From the IMG/VR virus record IMGVR_UViG_3300020050_007300, positions 1 through 64,000 of that record: a stretch of 64,000 bases of DNA. One strand, given 5' to 3'. The notes beneath the pieces were generated by a model that saw nothing but the letters and a program-made list of their open reading frames with translations, had not been told where the DNA came from and ran no database searches. Positions 62,202-64,000 of the stretch are shown piece by piece (positions within the stretch are counted from its first letter, which is position 1; each line of letters starts with the position of its first letter). Origin of the DNA: a virus. Taxonomy: Duplodnaviria > Caudoviricetes. Position numbers and translations under genes: made by a program.

Positions 62202-62513
62202 ATGTCTATCGTCATCCAAGCCGCCAAAATGCCCGCCCTGGTCCGCATGTCCACCAAGGGTTCCAAGTACGACTTCTCGACCCTGGTTGCAGGTTCCGGT
62301 GAAGCTGTCCTGGAAACGGAAGTTGGTGATGTGTCGAAGGTGCAAGCCCGTTTGACCAGCGCCCTGTCGGCCTACAAGAAGCGCACCGGTGACAAGGGCC
62401 GCTTCACCGTTCGCCCCATCGTCGAAGCTGGTGTTGTGGTCGCTGTTGGTGTGTGGAAGCTGGCTGACGCCGCTGCTGTCGCCACTGCTGTCGCCACTGC
62501 CTCGGCAGAGTGA
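62202..62513 (+). CDS. Small basic, probably nucleic-acid-binding protein
   Basis: SKYDF..F.VR..GVWK pattern; AAGGA RBS; strongly biased codons. Confidence 0.7.
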   Translation: MSIVIQAAKMPALVRMSTKGSKYDFSTLVAGSGEAVLETEVGDVSKVQARLTSALSAYKKRTGDKGRFTVRPIVEAGVVVAVGVWKLADAAAVATAVATASAE

Positions 62514-62713
62514 AGAACCCAGAGCGGTGTAATGGCACCGCAGTCCTAAGCAGGTCTTAGGTGCGCCAATCAGCGATAACGTCAATGTGTCAGCGTAGAC
62601 AGTCCCTTAAGCAAGGGCTGTCACTTTAGCAATCAGACTCCTTGCCAGGGCATCACCCTCTAGTGTGCAGGTTTAGTTAGATTGCTAAAGTGACAGAATG
62701 CAATATTTTGTTT

Positions 62714-62793
62714 CCCGACTTAGCTCAGAGGGAGAGCGGCACTAGTTGCGCAGCTAGTGTGCGTCGTAGGTTCGATTCCTACAGGAGGGGCCA
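62714..62793 (+). tRNA. Atypical tRNA-like RNA (7-bp anticodon stem, 8-nt loop TTGCGCAG, two acceptor mismatches)
   Basis: TAGCTCAG..GAGC D-arm, GTAGG-TTCGATT-CCTAC T-arm, G+CCA end. Confidence 0.6.
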
Positions 62794-62800
62794 ACCATTT

Positions 62801-62876
62801 GGCAGGGTAGCTCAGCAGGTAGAGCGCCGGGTTCATAACCCAGAGGTCGGAGGTTCAAAACCTTCCCCTGCAACCA
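62801..62876 (+). tRNA. Initiator-type tRNA-Met(CAT)
   Basis: Anticodon loop TT-CAT-AA on three G-C pairs, unpaired 1:72, T-arm GGAGG-TTCAAAA-CCTTC, encoded CCA. Confidence 0.9.
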
Positions 62877-62880
62877 CTTT

Positions 62881-62987
62881 CAACATCCCCGGCCTGCGGT
62901 TTAGCTCCGCAGGCACAAACGTCTGTGCTTACCACTCAGACTACCCAAACGCTAAAGCAAGCTGCTTCATGCTAACGGGGTTAGTTG
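62881..62987 (+). ncRNA. Candidate ~105-nt structured RNA after the tRNAs
   Basis: Closing helix CCCCG/CGGGG, hairpin GCCTGCGG-N7-CCGCAGGC, further small stems; non-coding gap. Confidence 0.3.
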
Positions 62988-63008
62988 AAACTTTTCAGAA
63001 AGAGTCTT

Positions 63009-63191
63009 ATGAATTGCAAACGATGCAACACCCCAGTTATTCTCGTCCCTTCTGCGGAAGAACGAGCTAAAAAATATGGAGGCCGTGCTGAGGATTACAC
63101 ACGGCTATTCCAATACCACAATGAGTGCCAACTTGCTTTGCGCAGGGAGCAGACACGAATTTTGATGCAGAAAGGCAGGGTCACAGCATGA
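63009..63191 (+). CDS. Small Cys-containing hypothetical protein (start revised)
   Basis: CKRC..H.EC; 60 aa. Confidence 0.6.
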   Translation: MNCKRCNTPVILVPSAEERAKKYGGRAEDYTRLFQYHNECQLALRREQTRILMQKGRVTA

Positions 63192-63352
63192 TCGTAGTAC
63201 GTGAAAAAGTTGTCAATGCAGCCTACGCTGCAGCAGGTTTAGCTCTTGCAGGCCAGACAGTGTGCAACCCTTACCCGTGCTGGTCAGGTGCTGCGGTGCT
63301 GTGGGACCAAGCCTTCCAGCAGGCTATCTCCGAGCGAGACATGGTGGCCTAG
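63188..63352 (+). CDS. Small hypothetical protein (start revised)
   Basis: ATGA coupling; NPYP..W...F pattern. Confidence 0.55.
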   Translation: MIVVREKVVNAAYAAAGLALAGQTVCNPYPCWSGAAVLWDQAFQQAISERDMVA

Positions 63353-63353
63353 T

Positions 63354-63548
63354 ATGGGCAGCAAATACTCTAAAAAGCTAGCCAAACCCGTACTGAAGCA
63401 AGGCGGGTTCGTCGCTAGGCCTGTCACACCTGTGTGCACTAACTGCGCCTACTCTCCAGGGTTTGCCGGTCCCTACAGCAAGTGTCGCTGTGGTGGGACG
63501 TTGCAGACTTTCGGAGTGAAGTCTTCTAAAGCAGGGAAGAAACCATGA
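63354..63548 (+). CDS. Small basic zinc-finger-like protein (start revised)
   Basis: CTNC..CRC; 64 aa. Confidence 0.5.
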   Translation: MGSKYSKKLAKPVLKQGGFVARPVTPVCTNCAYSPGFAGPYSKCRCGGTLQTFGVKSSKAGKKP

Positions 63549-63775
63549 GAGGCAATAAACTACTAGTCTTTTGTGTTATTGTGCAGATGTGTACTTTAGT
63601 GTACACTTATGTGCAGTTTAAGCAAGACCTGTCTGACGCCTTCAACAAGGGCTACCAAAAAGGCATCTACAGCGTAGACGCTAAAGAGTTACTTAAGCGT
63701 GACGGAGTGAACTCTGTTTGTTATTCCTGGTGGTTTAAGATGGACCACAAAGACCGAAAATTGGAGAAGCTGTGA
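63545..63775 (+). CDS. Small membrane-anchored protein
   Basis: N-terminal TM; ATGA coupling. Confidence 0.6.
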   Translation: MRGNKLLVFCVIVQMCTLVYTYVQFKQDLSDAFNKGYQKGIYSVDAKELLKRDGVNSVCYSWWFKMDHKDRKLEKL

Positions 63776-64000
63776 GCAAACCTAACGAACTTGTGTATGA
63801 CCCAACTAAGTCTATGGAGGAAAATATTACTGCCTTAAAGGCAGTCGCCAAAGAACTTGGCGACCGATTAATCTCTTTGAACCAAGAGGTTCCTGCCACA
63901 GGTGATGAGACTTACTGGTTTCCTGGTACAGTTTCTCCGGTGCGTGTAGGTCTTTATCAAAAATTGTGGGAAATAAACGGTGAAAAAGCTCTTTTCTGGG
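63772..64000 (+). CDS. Hypothetical protein (partial, runs off the window)
   Basis: GGAG RBS, GTGA coupling; open to the window end. Confidence 0.55.
   Translation, partial: MSKPNELVYDPTKSMEENITALKAVAKELGDRLISLNQEVPATGDETYWFPGTVSPVRVGLYQKLWEINGEKALFW

Noticed and set aside
1-64000. Integrase, repressor or att site (temperate lifestyle)
   Set aside because: None recognised in this window; helicase and primase are also absent, so the genome continues outside it

Overview
The window is part of a lytic-looking tailed phage genome (siphovirus with a lambda-like tail tip). A GC-rich proteobacterial host is an inference, not established. It has three blocks. (1) 1-9390 (+): end of the replication/recombination module, with a MazG-like NTP-PPase, dNMP kinase, three-domain PolA, ThyX, RecU-like resolvase, SbcD/SbcC-like pair and a Tad1 anti-defence sponge domain fused to an extra N-terminal domain. 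(2) 9412-41287 (-): complete late operon, read as HTH regulator, probable TerS, GpA-type TerL, portal, S49 protease with nested scaffold, cement, major capsid, ten accessory virion genes, neck, tail tube, G/GT frameshift chaperones, tape measure, tail tip, fibre and a GH19 lysis cassette. (3) 42009-64000 (+): early/middle region of small hypothetical genes with several paralog pairs, an origin-like AT-rich segment, a Bro-N protein, a histone-H1-like protein, an M28 peptidase pair, a Tad2-like protein, three canonical tRNAs and two aberrant tRNA-like RNAs. The most striking unexplained structure is at the divergent junction. A helically phased array of 14 GTATAC palindromes (41402-41842) is followed by a TATAAT promoter that lacks a -35 but has an OmpR/RstA-type box upstream. 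Directly after it comes about 870 nt of ORF-free, hairpin-saturated sequence (42009-42881) with four GNRA tetraloops, long-range helices, an H-type pseudoknot and a terminator-like end: a candidate giant structured non-coding RNA. All protein family assignments come from remembered motifs; no database search was run.
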